DNA from: a virus
Lineage: Duplodnaviria; Caudoviricetes
Direction: 5' to 3' (one strand)
IMG/VR virus record: IMGVR_UViG_3300032138_000524
Coordinates: 1 to 64,000 of that record
DNA length: 64,000 bases
The notes beneath the pieces are model-generated. The model saw nothing but the letters and a program-made list of their open reading frames with translations. It made no database searches and was not told where the DNA came from. Positions 29,793 to 40,449 of the stretch are shown here, in pieces. The position numbers were made by a program, and so were the translations under genes. How positions within the stretch are numbered: position 1 is the first letter of the stretch; every line of letters begins with the position of its first letter.

Positions 29793-32497
29793 TGAGTATA
29801 ATAAAATTAACAAAAGATTTAGAAAATTTCCAATGGACTGATTATGATAACGTTGGTAATAATAATTCATCTATTACAAGAGAACATGAACGGACACAAT
29901 TTGATACACCACAATCATTTTATGATGGTCATTCCCAAGTAGTAACAGGAAAACAAAAGTTTGATAGACCAAATAAAGGAGCACTGGCAGATATGGAAAG
30001 TAAATTTGGTCCACTTAATACTCAACCAGGTAGTAGAGGTCCATATAGTGTAGCAGATTATATGTGGGGAAGAAAACAAGGACGAGGATTTACTGCACCA
30101 GGACAGGCTCCACTTGGGTTTACAGTTGATATGGAAAGTTTATCAGCGGATGTTAAATCAGAAATTGATATAGATGGTAGTATATCACTTACACCATTAT
30201 CTTATGTAGTTGCAGGTGTAAATTCATCATTAGATTATGGTGTTGTTCCAGAAAAAATTATTTCAACTGTTCCATCTACACCAGGAGCATATGGAGTTAA
30301 TGTATTACCGATATCTTCATATTCAAGTAGAATTTTATCACGAGAAGAATTAGAAGATTATATAAGTGCACCAGTTGGTGGACGTGGAGTTAGTTATTAT
30401 GGTAGATTAGAATCATTATATAATAAGGATTCTATGTTTCAAAAAGAAGATGGTACTTATACAACACCGATAGGACAATCCACCATACCAGGTAGTGTAA
30501 CAGAATTTCAAAATTTTATGGAATTTGGTGGTAGAGGAATACAGAGAACATTTGAAATATCACGAGAGTATCCAAATAATACAACAGCTTATACAATAGA
30601 TACTCAGTTTGGAAGAACTTGGGAAAATAAATTCCTTCCAAGTCATGGTTCTTATCTTACAGATAAAATTCCAATAGATAAATACGCAAGTAATCCAGCT
30701 AAGATTCAAGGAGAATTAGATTTATTATTTAATTTGAATTATGAAGAATCACAAGGAGTTTGGCCATATAAAGTTCTTGGGTTTAGTGGGGTACATCCAC
30801 TTATTAGAAAAGAGGTAGGGGAAAGAACGGCTCCTGTTGTTAATAATATGGCTTGGATGTCTTTACAAGTATCTAAAACAGGAGAAGATCAACAAAGATT
30901 TGCAGCATGGAAAGAAACACCAGAAGGTAAGACTTGGGTAGATAATCAATCATTCTTACAAGAATTGAATCCAAGACCTGAAACAAGAATGTTTAATCTT
31001 CTTGGAGTTCAAGCATCGATGGCACCACTTGTTCATGTAGAAAGACATACTACTCTATTTGGATTATTGGGACCAAATAATTATGGTGATTATCATAAAA
31101 ACTTCGAAGAAGATGATTTTGATATTGCGGGATGGGGAACATATGACGATAATGATGAAGAGGGTCTTAAAAAGGGTTTTGTAGACAGTAGGTTGAATAG
31201 ATTAAGAAAACTTTACATAGGAGAAGATGGTTCTACAGGTACAGTAAGTATGTGGGATAAATTAGTAGATTTTGCAGACACCACATTTGAAAAATTAGGT
31301 AGAACACCACGAACTCCGACAAACTATACTGAAAGTCAAAGAGGTGCTTTTGGTGTAGGGAGTATAGCATCTAAGACTGCAACTGGAGATATAATTAAAG
31401 ATTATAAAAGACTTGCATATGGACAAATACCTAAATCACCACTAACAGAAATGAAAGAAAATTCAGAACCAGTATTAATGGATAAAATAAATGAAGCCAA
31501 GAGAGGTCGCCACGGTGCACAGGAATTTGAAGCTTCTGCATTTGATGCAGTTATTAGGAATGCAGTAGATGAAACTGCAACTCCGAAAAGTCAACAAAAA
31601 TTGTATGATGATTACATTGCCGCAGGAACAGATACAGCGGAGGCAGAGACCTTAGTTATCCAGGCAATGGAGAAATATGAAGAAGAAACGAGAAAAGGCA
31701 AAACAGGAATAGGTAACCAGGGTCAAATTGGTATTAAGTCAGTTAAACATGAATCTATACCTGGAACAATAAAAATGGGTCCAGCAGGAGATATATTAGA
31801 TTATACATCGGATAAAATTAATTTGTTACCTTACGGTAAGGACTATAAGGATAAAGAGGGTGTTGGAGTTGATGATTTAATAAAATTTAAATTTTATGAT
31901 ATATATAACGAGAAATTTATTATATTTAGAGCAATTTTAAGTGGAATATCAGATGCAATTACTCCTGAGTGGAGTGGAACACAATATATAGGTCGTCCAG
32001 ACAAAGTTTATGTTTATAAAGGATCAGAAAGAAAAGTAAGTTTTAATTTTGAGATTTATCCAAAATCAAAACAGGAATTTCCTGTATTGATGGAAAAGTT
32101 AAATTATCTTATTGGATTATGTTATCCAAGTTTTACAGGTGATAATAGAATGGTAGCTCCATTTATAGAATTAACACTTGGTGATATGTTTAATAAAACA
32201 CCTGGATTTCTCGATAGTTTGAGTGTAGAAGTTGATGATACTGGTACTTGGGAATATGAAGAGGGATTACAATTTCCAAAACATATTACTTGTAATTGTA
32301 GTTTTACTTATGTTGGAAAATATTTACCATCAACTCTTGGAAAACATTATGAGTTAAATTGGTTACAAGATTCAGGTTGGACAAAAATTGGACAGACAGA
32401 AACAAGAGGAACGATTATTGGTGATAATGAACATCCAACAAGATTAGAACCTATGGAAAAATTATTTACGGATTTAGGATCATCCAATGCCAAGTAG
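29792..32497 (+). CDS. Baseplate/tail tube initiator-like protein
   Basis: C-terminal FRAILSGISD...W...YIGRPDKVYVYKG.ERKVSFNF...APFIELTLGD domain; follows the tape measure gene. Confidence 0.6.
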   Translation: MSIIKLTKDLENFQWTDYDNVGNNNSSITREHERTQFDTPQSFYDGHSQVVTGKQKFDRPNKGALADMESKFGPLNTQPGSRGPYSVADYMWGRKQGRGFTAPGQAPLGFTVDMESLSADVKSEIDIDGSISLTPLSYVVAGVNSSLDYGVVPEKIISTVPSTPGAYGVNVLPISSYSSRILSREELEDYISAPVGGRGVSYYGRLESLYNKDSMFQKEDGTYTTPIGQSTIPGSVTEFQNFMEFGGRGIQRTFEISREYPNNTTAYTIDTQFGRTWENKFLPSHGSYLTDKIPIDKYASNPAKIQGELDLLFNLNYEESQGVWPYKVLGFSGVHPLIRKEVGERTAPVVNNMAWMSLQVSKTGEDQQRFAAWKETPEGKTWVDNQSFLQELNPRPETRMFNLLGVQASMAPLVHVERHTTLFGLLGPNNYGDYHKNFEEDDFDIAGWGTYDDNDEEGLKKGFVDSRLNRLRKLYIGEDGSTGTVSMWDKLVDFADTTFEKLGRTPRTPTNYTESQRGAFGVGSIASKTATGDIIKDYKRLAYGQIPKSPLTEMKENSEPVLMDKINEAKRGRHGAQEFEASAFDAVIRNAVDETATPKSQQKLYDDYIAAGTDTAEAETLVIQAMEKYEEETRKGKTGIGNQGQIGIKSVKHESIPGTIKMGPAGDILDYTSDKINLLPYGKDYKDKEGVGVDDLIKFKFYDIYNEKFIIFRAILSGISDAITPEWSGTQYIGRPDKVYVYKGSERKVSFNFEIYPKSKQEFPVLMEKLNYLIGLCYPSFTGDNRMVAPFIELTLGDMFNKTPGFLDSLSVEVDDTGTWEYEEGLQFPKHITCNCSFTYVGKYLPSTLGKHYELNWLQDSGWTKIGQTETRGTIIGDNEHPTRLEPMEKLFTDLGSSNAK

Positions 32498-32786
32498 ATA
32501 CGATTATACAACAATAAAATTAAATAAAGATGGAAAGAGAGTTTTTAAACCAACTTTGTATCCCCAAATCCCAATCCGTGATAGTGACGTTTTTATATAT
32601 CCAAAATTTGGGGATAGATTGGACAATCTTGCACACAAATATTATGGTGATGTTTCGTTGTGGTGGATTATCGCAAAGGCAAATGGTTTAGATTCAGCAC
32701 ACATTGGACTTGAGATGGACAAACAAATTAGAATTCCTATTGACATATCTCCTATCCTTAATAAATTAAAAGAGATGTCTTACTAA
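32487..32786 (+). CDS. LysM-like baseplate wedge protein (gp53/tail X-like)
   Basis: GDRLDNLAHKYYGDVSLWWIIAKAN...QIRIP. Confidence 0.8.
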   Translation: MPSRYDYTTIKLNKDGKRVFKPTLYPQIPIRDSDVFIYPKFGDRLDNLAHKYYGDVSLWWIIAKANGLDSAHIGLEMDKQIRIPIDISPILNKLKEMSY

Positions 32787-32787
32787 T

Positions 32788-35700
32788 ATGATTACATTAT
32801 CACCGATTCATCCAAACATTCAAAACACAATGCATCAAAAAATGAGAATGCTAAAAAAGATGTCTGGAGAAGAAGGAGAATATATTATTGGAACTCCACT
32901 ATCCACTTCAGAGGGAGATGTAGAAAAAAATTATATGATGGCTAGAGTACCATTTTTACGAATGACATCTTTTACACCTAAAGGAGTGGGAAATAAAACT
33001 GATGGTAAGGATAAAGAAGCAGTAGTTTTAATGGGTGGTCATCTATTGGGAGGCACAGAAGATTTCCCCATGAATAGGTTAAAGGCAGGGTTTAGAGATA
33101 GTCCTGTAGATGTTGGTTCATCAGTTACAGGAAATGCAAAAGATCCATTTATAAATTATCTTGGAATGTATAATCAACCAGATGGAACTATTATTGATGA
33201 TATTCCATTTAGACCAATGGCTGGAGTAAAGGATATTAGTATACAGTTTCAAGGTGGTGGTATGAGATTGGGAGCAACAAGAACAGCAGAAATAAGTTGG
33301 AATTGTTGGACATGGCAAGAGTTAGAAAATTATAGACCACATTTTTTGCAACATGGTAAAACTATTTTATTAGAATGGGGATGGTCTGGTGATGGTATTA
33401 ATTGGAAAGGTGGTTCACCATTTTATGATATATTTGATGGTAATACTTTAAATATTAGTGAGACAAAAATAAATAAATTAAATCAGAAATTAGTAGAACA
33501 TACTTTAGATCAAAAAGGTCAATATGATGCAATGTTAGGTTTAGTTCAAGATTTTAGTTGGACGGTAACTGAGGATGGTGGTTTTGATTGTAGTACTAAA
33601 ATAATTTCACAAGGAATTACCTTATTACAAAAAATACAAAAAAGAAATAAAACTGCTAATATATCTGTATTACCGTTACTTGCTAATGAAGAATATAATT
33701 CAGGTGGATGGTTGTGGGGAATTGATGATACAAAAACTGTATTTAAAGGGCCTACAGATGTAGCTGGGTATTCACCATATATATCTATTAAAGAATATAT
33801 GAATGATTTTCCAATGCAAATAATGAAGTATATGGATTCAATAGCTGCTCCAGATGTCCTCCAGAACCGCGGTTCTCAATACGCTTATATGAAAGAGCAA
33901 CCCGGACCCACTAACAATTCTGAACATCATACAGCAATACATAATATGAAGTTATTTAGAATAGGAAATCATGCAGGCGGACGTTCTTTTGGTAAAGCAT
34001 TACAAGAAAACACAGTAGAGTCGAAGAAAGATGGTAAAAGAGTTATTGGATCAGAAGCTGAAGTGACAAAGTGTTTTGTGTCTTGGGGTTGGTTTGAAGA
34101 TAATGTTTTAAGTAGATTTTTTGGTTCGGTGACTCAAAAAGAAGGAGAAAATGTATTAATAGGTGAATTTAGAAGTATTCAACCAGTTATGGATGATAAT
34201 GGTATATTATATAAAAAAAGTGAAAAAGATAAAGAAGATGGAATATATAATGGAGCTGCAGTAGGAGAACAGGTATATGAATCAACTAAATTTAGAAATA
34301 GTAGGTATTTAGTTACAGCAGATTCAGCCAAGTGGATAATACCAAATCCAAATGATCCATTTATGGTTTCGTCTTGGACATTGTTTCGTAGAGATATAAA
34401 ATTTGGTGCAGTCAATCCAATCGGAACAGGTGCACCGCCTGTAGCAATAGATATGAAAACTTTAAAGGACAATTTACTTTCAAGTGAAATACAAGGAGAT
34501 GACGGAGCAAGAATTAGAAATGTATATTTTAATGCAAATTATTTAAAAGAAAAATTTAAAGATTCTGGAGATATAGTTGAATCTGTAATGAGTGTGTGGC
34601 AAGAATTTTCAAGTACATATGGTGGTGTTTATAAATTTAAAATAGATTTTGCAGATGATGGTAAAAGAGCCATGATTGTAGAAGAAGGATATACGAGTAG
34701 ATCTGTGAAGGATTCCATAACAGATGACCTTTTTAAAGCAAAAGTATTTGAGTTTCCTACATTTAAGTCAGATTCAATAGTTAAATCACAGAACATTAGT
34801 GCAAAAGTTCCCAAAAGAATGCAATTAGCAGCTATGTATGGAGCAGTAACAAAGAATAAAGAAGAGACAAAAACAGAACCAATTGAACCAAGTGAATATG
34901 AAGATTTAATAGCAAAGGCTTGGGGTAGATTTGTAGAGTCATTACCGAAAAATACTGAAGGTAAGAGTCCAGAACAATTAAAACAGATGAGATATGATGA
35001 TATGTTAAATGGAAGAATAGATTTTCCATCAAGAAAGAATCGTTGGTTTGGACATACTAAAGCAAATGTAAATGAAGAACTTACTGTTGGGGGGTATGAT
35101 ACAGAGAAAGGGGCAAATGACAGTATAATTGAAAAGGGTGCAGTAAAACCAACTGCTAGAGATTCTGGAATTCAAATAATGGATAGTATTATGAATGAGT
35201 TAAAACAGTCTCAAGTAGATGAAATGTATAGACAAGTAAAAATAGCAAAGGGATACGAGGATGATAAGGCAGTAACAGATGCAGCCTATGAGGAAGATTT
35301 GAAAAAAGTATTATCTGCAGATGAAAGTCAAAAGAAATTTTTTGCTACAATGTCAGCCCTTGCATCACATACGGCCCACGGACCAGGTATAGCAGGACTT
35401 TTTGATATATTTTATGATGAAACTACGACAAATGGTCTACCAAAATTAAAACCCAGTTTAAAATTTCAAATGCAAATGTTACTCCAAGGTCATAGTGATG
35501 GAGTTCTAAAGGCTACAGATCCACTTATTCCAATAGAGTTTGAGGTAGAGATAGATGGTATTGGTGGAATTCATCCTGGAAATTCATTTCATAGTTCTTA
35601 TTTACCAGTTAGGTATAAAGAAGAAAGTCTTTTTCAGGCAGTAGGAGTTAGTCATAAAGTAGATAGTGGTGGTTGGATAACTACTATAAAAGGTCAAATT

Positions 35701-36393
35701 AGAGCTACAGCATTAAAAGACGAACCAACAAAAGAAAAGCTTTGGAAAGATTATAATGAAATGACGGATGAAGAAAAGGAACAATATTTAGCTGGACAGA
35801 TAGATACAACACAACAAAGTCTACAAAGAAATATGGATGATCTTTTTTCAGGAAAAACACCTATGTTGTTACACAATCCTGAGTTAGCAGAAAAATTAGG
35901 TATTAAATATGATGTTCCACGAGGATTTGAAACTGATGGTGGTTTAGTTAAATATATAGAAAATAATGGTATTCCAGACTATGAGACTATATTAGCTAAA
36001 TGTGATGGAAATCATGAAGCCGCTTTAGCTATTCAAACGTGGATGAAAAATAGTGGACTTATTTCAGGAGGACAGTTGGGAGAATTATCTCATGCTTCCA
36101 TTTGGCCAGCACCTTGGTATGGAACAGATTTTATTTTTGGAACAACTTCACCGTTTCCTGATGGATGGTTAGATAGTTATAATCAAAATATATCTTGGTC
36201 CCAATCACAAGGTGGTGGTGGTGAATTATGGGCAGTCTTAGGGGAGTGGAATAATTGGAGTGATCCAGCTCTTGCAGGTGCAATAACTTGGACTTCTAAT
36301 GAAGCTTCTCGTGCACAGATGTATATAAATAGAGGTTGGGCTCCAGATGATACACTAAACATGAACGCTTATAACGCTTTATCGGGAAATTAA
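32788..36393 (+). CDS. Large baseplate hub-like protein
   Basis: 1201 aa; TILLEWGW, GQYDAMLGLVQDFSW, IDGIGGI, VSHKVDSGGWITTI motifs; follows the LysM gene. Confidence 0.55.
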   Translation: MITLSPIHPNIQNTMHQKMRMLKKMSGEEGEYIIGTPLSTSEGDVEKNYMMARVPFLRMTSFTPKGVGNKTDGKDKEAVVLMGGHLLGGTEDFPMNRLKAGFRDSPVDVGSSVTGNAKDPFINYLGMYNQPDGTIIDDIPFRPMAGVKDISIQFQGGGMRLGATRTAEISWNCWTWQELENYRPHFLQHGKTILLEWGWSGDGINWKGGSPFYDIFDGNTLNISETKINKLNQKLVEHTLDQKGQYDAMLGLVQDFSWTVTEDGGFDCSTKIISQGITLLQKIQKRNKTANISVLPLLANEEYNSGGWLWGIDDTKTVFKGPTDVAGYSPYISIKEYMNDFPMQIMKYMDSIAAPDVLQNRGSQYAYMKEQPGPTNNSEHHTAIHNMKLFRIGNHAGGRSFGKALQENTVESKKDGKRVIGSEAEVTKCFVSWGWFEDNVLSRFFGSVTQKEGENVLIGEFRSIQPVMDDNGILYKKSEKDKEDGIYNGAAVGEQVYESTKFRNSRYLVTADSAKWIIPNPNDPFMVSSWTLFRRDIKFGAVNPIGTGAPPVAIDMKTLKDNLLSSEIQGDDGARIRNVYFNANYLKEKFKDSGDIVESVMSVWQEFSSTYGGVYKFKIDFADDGKRAMIVEEGYTSRSVKDSITDDLFKAKVFEFPTFKSDSIVKSQNISAKVPKRMQLAAMYGAVTKNKEETKTEPIEPSEYEDLIAKAWGRFVESLPKNTEGKSPEQLKQMRYDDMLNGRIDFPSRKNRWFGHTKANVNEELTVGGYDTEKGANDSIIEKGAVKPTARDSGIQIMDSIMNELKQSQVDEMYRQVKIAKGYEDDKAVTDAAYEEDLKKVLSADESQKKFFATMSALASHTAHGPGIAGLFDIFYDETTTNGLPKLKPSLKFQMQMLLQGHSDGVLKATDPLIPIEFEVEIDGIGGIHPGNSFHSSYLPVRYKEESLFQAVGVSHKVDSGGWITTIKGQIRATALKDEPTKEKLWKDYNEMTDEEKEQYLAGQIDTTQQSLQRNMDDLFSGKTPMLLHNPELAEKLGIKYDVPRGFETDGGLVKYIENNGIPDYETILAKCDGNHEAALAIQTWMKNSGLISGGQLGELSHASIWPAPWYGTDFIFGTTSPFPDGWLDSYNQNISWSQSQGGGGELWAVLGEWNNWSDPALAGAITWTSNEASRAQMYINRGWAPDDTLNMNAYNALSGN

Positions 36394-36394
36394 G

Positions 36395-36973
36395 ATGGAT
36401 CTTAGTAATGTAGAAAGAATATCACCTGAATTAAGAGCAGGTAGTTTTGAATTTTTGTATGCAGATAATGTTCCAGTAAGAAAAGGTACTCCTTATATGA
36501 TTTTTTATACGAAATCAAAAATGGAAATCTTTCTTACGAGAAGATGGGCCGAAATCTTTGTAAGAAACCCCGAAAAACATTATACTATGTTCGGTCAATA
36601 TGTTGGAATAAATAGATCAAAGGCAATAAGGGAAAGTTACCTTAAACCACATTCCATTGAATTTACTCCGGCAATGGAGAAAAAGGATGGTATATTTAGA
36701 TATTTTGCAAAATATTATTTTGACGAAACTATATTTGAGATAAATAAACAAGATTTTAACGAAGAAACAAATTTTTATCAAAAGATAGGTATATTTTGGC
36801 AATTACAAGGTTCTCAAGAAAGTATAAAAATGAAAAATGAAGAAGCACTGGAACAGGCAGACAATGAATTAAAAGGAATGAGGTATCTTTTAGATCCACT
36901 TGAATTTTCTAAAGAAGAAAAATTGACTAAATTAGAAAAAATACAGCAAAAATTAAGTAATTTGAAGTATTAA
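36395..36973 (+). CDS. Hypothetical protein (possibly baseplate-associated)
   Basis: 192 aa abutting ORF 32788; FRYFAK...IFEI...WQLQG pattern. Confidence 0.5.
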   Translation: MDLSNVERISPELRAGSFEFLYADNVPVRKGTPYMIFYTKSKMEIFLTRRWAEIFVRNPEKHYTMFGQYVGINRSKAIRESYLKPHSIEFTPAMEKKDGIFRYFAKYYFDETIFEINKQDFNEETNFYQKIGIFWQLQGSQESIKMKNEEALEQADNELKGMRYLLDPLEFSKEEKLTKLEKIQQKLSNLKY

Positions 36974-37003
36974 TTTGATATATATATACAAAGGTTATAG
37001 TAA

Positions 37004-37471
37004 ATGGTTTTATGGTTCACAGGTCAGCCCGGTTCGGGCAAGACTACATTAACAAATAGATTCATAGACGACAAATTAATTGGATTTATGAAAATTCATC
37101 CAGTTAGAATTGTGCATATTGACGGTGATGATTTACGAGATATTGTTGATAACAAAGATTATTCAGAAAAAGGTCGTAGAGAAAATATTACCCTTGCAAT
37201 GAACTTGGCAAGATTTATGGATAATAAAGGTTTTACAGTAATAGTATCATTAGTTTCACCATATAGAGATCAACGAGAAGAATTAAAAATGGAAAGAAAT
37301 ATAGCGGAGTTCTATCTTCATACAACGGAGATACGTGGTAAGGAAGATTATTTCGTAGATAATTACGAACCACCGTTACATAATTTTACAGATATAGATA
37401 CAAACAAACCAATAGAGGAGTGTGTAAATGAAATACTCGATGTTTATCGGCAGATGGCAAGGGTTGCATGA
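37004..37471 (+). CDS. cysC: Adenylylsulfate (APS) kinase-like protein
   Basis: WFTGQPGSGKTT P-loop, IDGDDLR, YSEKGRRENI, VSLVSPY, YEPP. Confidence 0.85.
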   Translation: MVLWFTGQPGSGKTTLTNRFIDDKLIGFMKIHPVRIVHIDGDDLRDIVDNKDYSEKGRRENITLAMNLARFMDNKGFTVIVSLVSPYRDQREELKMERNIAEFYLHTTEIRGKEDYFVDNYEPPLHNFTDIDTNKPIEECVNEILDVYRQMARVA

Positions 37472-37781
37472 TGGTCATAGATGGTTATTTGACCAAGCGT
37501 TAAAACAAGGAAAAAATGTTTTAATTGCTATTAGAGATTGTCCGTTAGATGATCCTGATGAAGAAAATGAATATATTGCAGAAGAAATAATGGGACATCT
37601 TTCAGAAGAATATAGAAATGAGATATTAGATGGTAAAGTTAAACTTATGATTATACCAGATATTGAATCAATTAATTATGGACGAGGGGTTGGTTATGAA
37701 ATTATAGAACATAAACCACCAGAAGATATTAAAAAAATTAAAGGACGAGAATTGAGAAAGGAGAAAAAATGGAACCCGTAA
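37428..37781 (+). CDS. Cytidyltransferase-like (HxGH) nucleotidyltransferase
   Basis: FIGRWQGLHDGH, IPDIESINYGRGVGY. Confidence 0.75.
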   Translation: MKYSMFIGRWQGLHDGHRWLFDQALKQGKNVLIAIRDCPLDDPDEENEYIAEEIMGHLSEEYRNEILDGKVKLMIIPDIESINYGRGVGYEIIEHKPPEDIKKIKGRELRKEKKWNP

Positions 37782-37972
37782 ACTTAACTTGGTTTTATTT
37801 TCATTGTGTACTTGCACTTGTAATATTAGTGAAAGATAACAACGGAACATTAGAAGATTCGTTAAATAAGTTTGAACAGAAGATTGGGTTATATACAGAA
37901 CCAGATACTACTGATACTGAAACACCACCTTATTATATACCACCAATTGAAGAAGATCCAAATGAAAATTGA
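37769..37972 (+). CDS. Small membrane-anchored hypothetical protein
   Basis: AAGGAG RBS; hydrophobic N-terminus and acidic/Pro-rich tail. Confidence 0.45.
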   Translation: MEPVNLTWFYFHCVLALVILVKDNNGTLEDSLNKFEQKIGLYTEPDTTDTETPPYYIPPIEEDPNEN

Positions 37973-38672
37973 TGTATTAGACAAAGGTTATATTGAGGTT
38001 GTAGATTCTCTCGGTGATGACCTAACACCAGTAAATGCGGCCAGAGTTTCGTTTGGTGGTCGTAGTGAAAAATTTACAAACAAAGACAGACGATTATCCA
38101 AATTCTTAATTAAACACAAACATTTTAGTCCATTCAGACACCAACACGTGATGATGATTATCAAGGCACCAGAGTTCGTTATGCGACAATGGTATAAACA
38201 CGTTGTTGGAATAGAAACCACATCAGACCATCCTACCAAAGACCACGCTTGGAACGAGATTAGTGGTCGTTATGTTGCCTATGAAGATTTCTATTATCCT
38301 ACAACTTTCAGAAAACAATCTGATGATAATAAACAAGCATCAGAGGGTGAGTTCGAGGGAGAAGAACGAATAGATTGTGAACGAAATTGGAGACAGGCAC
38401 AAGCCAAATCTATAGCAGCCTACAAGAATTTAATAGATATGGGAATGGCAAAAGAACAAGCCAGAAGTATTCTACCATTAACAGTTTATACACAAGTTTG
38501 GTGGACAGCATCATTTCAGTCAATCATGAATTTTATTGAACTTAGAGATGAGAAAACAGCTCAAGTAGAAATACAAGAATACGCAAGAGCATTAAAGGGA
38601 ATAATGTTAGAAGTATTTCCAGAAACAACTAAACTATGGGAAGAAGTATATTGGAATGCAGATAAAAAGTAA
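37962..38672 (+). CDS. thyX: Flavin-dependent thymidylate synthase
   Basis: From ATG 37962 (MKIDVLDKG): VNAARVSF, HFSPF, RQWYKH...WNEISGRY, EQARSILP, AQVEIQEYA. Confidence 0.92.
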   Translation: MKIDVLDKGYIEVVDSLGDDLTPVNAARVSFGGRSEKFTNKDRRLSKFLIKHKHFSPFRHQHVMMIIKAPEFVMRQWYKHVVGIETTSDHPTKDHAWNEISGRYVAYEDFYYPTTFRKQSDDNKQASEGEFEGEERIDCERNWRQAQAKSIAAYKNLIDMGMAKEQARSILPLTVYTQVWWTASFQSIMNFIELRDEKTAQVEIQEYARALKGIMLEVFPETTKLWEEVYWNADKK

Positions 38673-39327
38673 TACATATGAAAAGGTTTGTCATTTAATA
38701 TCATCAAACATTCGTGATTTAGTAAGAACTCACTCTAATCCAGTATTGGGTTTAGCAACAGGTTCAACACCGATTGGAATTTATCAAGAACTATCTAAGA
38801 TGAGAGATACAAATTTTTCTGATACAATTACTTTTAATCTTGATGAATATGTTGGATTGAATGGATGGCATCCACAATCATACAATTATTTTATGTATGA
38901 ACATTTATTTAAGAGTTTAACATTTAAGCAACGATTTTTTCCAAACAAGGATAATTACAATGAATACGACTTGATGATAAAAAATACAGGTGGTATTGAT
39001 ATTCAGATATTGGGAATTGGAACTAATGGACATATAGCATTCAATGAACCAGGTTCACACAAATATTCCGCAACACGAATAGTTGATTTGACCGAAAATA
39101 CAATCAAAGATAATAGTAGATTTTTTGATAATATTGATGAAGTTCCCACACAAGCATATACAATGGGTATGTCAAGTATTATGGGTGCTGAAAGAATCTA
39201 TTTAGTTGCACAAGGAAAACACAAAAAAGATATTTTAGAAAAGGCAATGTTAGGAGATATAACTCCTGAAGTTCCTGCTTCATTTTTACAAGAACACGAT
39301 AACATAGGAGTATATTATAGTGATTGA
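38656..39327 (+). CDS. nagB: Glucosamine-6-phosphate deaminase
   Basis: LGLATGSTP, TFNLDEYVGL, GGIDIQILGIGTNGHIAFNEPG, NSRFF, VPASFLQEH. Confidence 0.93.
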   Translation: MQIKSNTYEKVCHLISSNIRDLVRTHSNPVLGLATGSTPIGIYQELSKMRDTNFSDTITFNLDEYVGLNGWHPQSYNYFMYEHLFKSLTFKQRFFPNKDNYNEYDLMIKNTGGIDIQILGIGTNGHIAFNEPGSHKYSATRIVDLTENTIKDNSRFFDNIDEVPTQAYTMGMSSIMGAERIYLVAQGKHKKDILEKAMLGDITPEVPASFLQEHDNIGVYYSD

Positions 39328-39826
39328 TAAGATAATGATTGTAGCACACCCTGATGACGAAGCACTATTTGGTGGAGCTGAGTTATTATCACACCCAAAA
39401 GAATATAAAGTTGTAGTAGTAGATGAATATCATAATGAAGTTAGAAAAAAAGAACTTATAGCCTCTATGGAGTTTATAGGAATAGAAGAATATGAACATT
39501 GGACAGGTTATAAAGGTGGGGAAGATTATCATAGAGAAAAACTTATCTATGAATTGTTAAGAGTATTGAGAGAAAGAAAATATAAAAAAATAGTAACACA
39601 TAATAAACAAGGCGAATACGGTCATCCAAGACATAGAGCTTTACACGATATATTAAATCATTTAAGACCAGAGTTGTTATGGTGTTTTGATAAAAATCAT
39701 GATGATAGATTACCTAATGATTTATTATTTAAGAAAAGAGATTTATTAAAAGTGTATGGAAGTCAAACAGATGTTTTGAATTGGTTTAGTCCTTGGTATG
39801 AAAAAATAACAAAGGTTAATAAATGA
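39320..39826 (+). CDS. PIG-L/LmbE family N-deacetylase
   Basis: IVAHPDDEALFGG and THNxxGEYGHPRH. Confidence 0.85.
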   Translation: MIDKIMIVAHPDDEALFGGAELLSHPKEYKVVVVDEYHNEVRKKELIASMEFIGIEEYEHWTGYKGGEDYHREKLIYELLRVLRERKYKKIVTHNKQGEYGHPRHRALHDILNHLRPELLWCFDKNHDDRLPNDLLFKKRDLLKVYGSQTDVLNWFSPWYEKITKVNK

Positions 39827-40449
39827 AAGTTATATTTTGTATTCCAGGTAATAGTTTTTCAAATGGATTCTTGAAGTGTTGGACTCAACTTACTATGGAA
39901 TTACATAAAAAAGGTATTGAATATGAACTTTTAAGTCAATATGCTCCAAATGTGTATAAAATTAGAAGTATGTTATTAGGTGGTCATCGTAAATTTGGTC
40001 AATATCAAGCTCCGTGGCAAGGTAAGAAAGATTACGATTATATAATGTGGATTGATTCAGACCAAATATTTAAACCAGATGATTTTTTTAAGTTGTTAGA
40101 ACACGATAAGGATATAGTTTCTGGTTTATATTTACGACAACCAGAAGGTGGTACTTTAAATGATATACCTGTTTACTATGCATGTTTTTCTGCAGCAGAC
40201 AAGGGATTATATACAAATGAAGTTAATGGTGAATTGAGAACCGTGTTTGGGAATGGTATGGGTTGGATGTTAATTAAAAAGGGTGTATTTGAAAAAACTC
40301 CATTTCCCTGGTTTGGCCCGATGATAGACGGTCTTGATTTTAATGGAGAAGATGTAGCATTTCAAATAAGAGCAAGAGATTCTGGATTTGAATCTTATGT
40401 AGATACGAGTATTATAGTAGGACATGAAAAGGGAATAGTATTAAAATGA
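39823..40449 (+). CDS. Glycosyltransferase (GT-A fold, family 2-like)
   Basis: YIMWIDSD (DxD), DIVSGLY, GMGWMLIKKGVFE, GEDVAF, VGHEK. Confidence 0.8.
   Translation: MKVIFCIPGNSFSNGFLKCWTQLTMELHKKGIEYELLSQYAPNVYKIRSMLLGGHRKFGQYQAPWQGKKDYDYIMWIDSDQIFKPDDFFKLLEHDKDIVSGLYLRQPEGGTLNDIPVYYACFSAADKGLYTNEVNGELRTVFGNGMGWMLIKKGVFEKTPFPWFGPMIDGLDFNGEDVAFQIRARDSGFESYVDTSIIVGHEKGIVLK

Noticed and set aside
37872-37961. N-terminal extension of ThyX in the ORF track
   Set aside because: It overlaps ORF 37769; recognisable ThyX sequence starts at ATG 37962.
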